From contig NW_003314353.1 of the NCBI RefSeq assembly GCF_000143415.4, forward strand, positions 214,140 to 278,139: DNA of 64,000 bases, in the 5' to 3' direction. The notes below the pieces were generated by a model. That model made no database searches. It was not told the origin of the DNA and worked only from the letters and a program-made list of their open reading frames with translations. Positions 63,069-64,000 of the stretch are shown here, piece by piece. The translations under genes were made by a program, and so were the position numbers. Every line of letters starts with the position of its first letter. Position 1 is the first letter of the stretch. This DNA is from Selaginella moellendorffii (Eukaryota; Plantae; Lycopodiophyta).

Positions 63069-64000
63069 CGCCGCTTTAGGGCCGACCACAAAGCTGGATG
63101 GTATTCATTGAAGGGTTAGATTCGAACACTGCATGAGCACCAACACCAACAGCGATCTCTACACAATCGGCAAAGTATGTCTTTGTTCTCTTCCAAGGGG
63201 CATTTTGCTCACAAGCACTCTATCCAGGGCAACAAAGGATTTTGCTCAGCGAGTGAGCCGGAGCCACCACCACCAAGAAATATCAGGCAAGGATCAAGCT
63301 CGAGATTTTTCGTTTTCTTTCCGCTCACTGGTAACGAGCGACTCATGCTTATATCGAAGTTCAATCCGGCCAGGATCATGCCCGGCGCGCTAGCGTGAGA
63401 TCTGACTGCCCGAGAGGAAGCGGAGAAAGCGGTAATGGAGGGGCAGATACCAAGGATAAAAATAAAATAAAATAAGAGGCTGGCTGTCCGACTCTAGAGA
63501 CATCCAAGCCGCTCGAATGCAACTGCCTAGAATGGTTACATCCAAGCCGTCTAAATGCAGCTGTCAACGGAATATCCCTCAAAATAGGCTTATTTGAAAT
63601 TTGCGTGGGGGCGAGTTTCCATGATGCTCTCAGATCCATCCGAGCTGCTGTGGATTTCGCTCACCATGCCATGTAGGGCCGCGATCATCGATGCATCCTC
63701 AGGAGCGCTGCTCAGCCGGGATTTCGGCATTGTTCTTGTCATCACCAGGGGTTCCATCCTCTCCTGGTGGGAATCTGGAAACGCAAGGCGGCTGTGGCAC
63801 TCGTGGATCCGAGGGACAATCTCATGCTCCTCTCTGGTATAGCAGCGCCTCAGGTATCCAACCTCGACGCTAGAGTGAGATCTATCGCAGCAATGAGGGT
63901 GCAAGAGGGCGGGGGAGGCGTGCACATGAGCTCTATGGTCTGGCCGTGACAACCAGCAGACTCTTTCGGGGCCACACCTTTGTGTTTGATCCCCGAGACG

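Noticed and set aside
63590-64000. Minus-strand ORF at the right edge
   Set aside because: Possibly the 3' end of a gene outside the window, but no domain or frame could be supported

Overview
Eukaryotic plant genomic DNA. The 47-57 nt introns, GC-rich compact genes, PPR/GDSL/CONSTANS-like content and chromoviral LTR elements suggest a lycophyte such as Selaginella (inference). Roughly 1-44 kb and 51-59 kb are nested transposon sequence; compact host genes lie at about 45-50 kb and 60-63 kb. Two things stand out. (1) A large DNA-transposon-like element (<1-10837, with an inverted truncated second copy at 35995-39852). It carries a Sola/DUF7869-like transposase that the ORF track misses, and a divergently transcribed ~1,640-codon multi-exon gene (ParB/Srx-like + degenerate beta-class DNA-methyltransferase-like + acidic + FCP1/NIF HAD-phosphatase-like). 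About 20 copies of a 22-bp palindrome (ATGGCRTGNGGCCNCAYGCCAT) are scattered through its spacer, introns and exons, resembling a ParB/parS-like or anti-silencing protein-plus-site system. (2) A Ty3/Gypsy chromovirus whose integrase is interrupted by two short spliceosomal-intron-like inserts. Also present: a related non-autonomous LTR family sharing the same PBS/PPT, a TRIM-like element, AT-shifted LTR relics, PPR and GDSL pseudogene fragments, and host genes for an alpha/beta hydrolase, a bacterial-like SnoaL protein, an NAD(P)-binding Rossmann protein, a CONSTANS-like protein and an acyl-CoA thioesterase. All domain calls come from motif reading by eye, not database searches.
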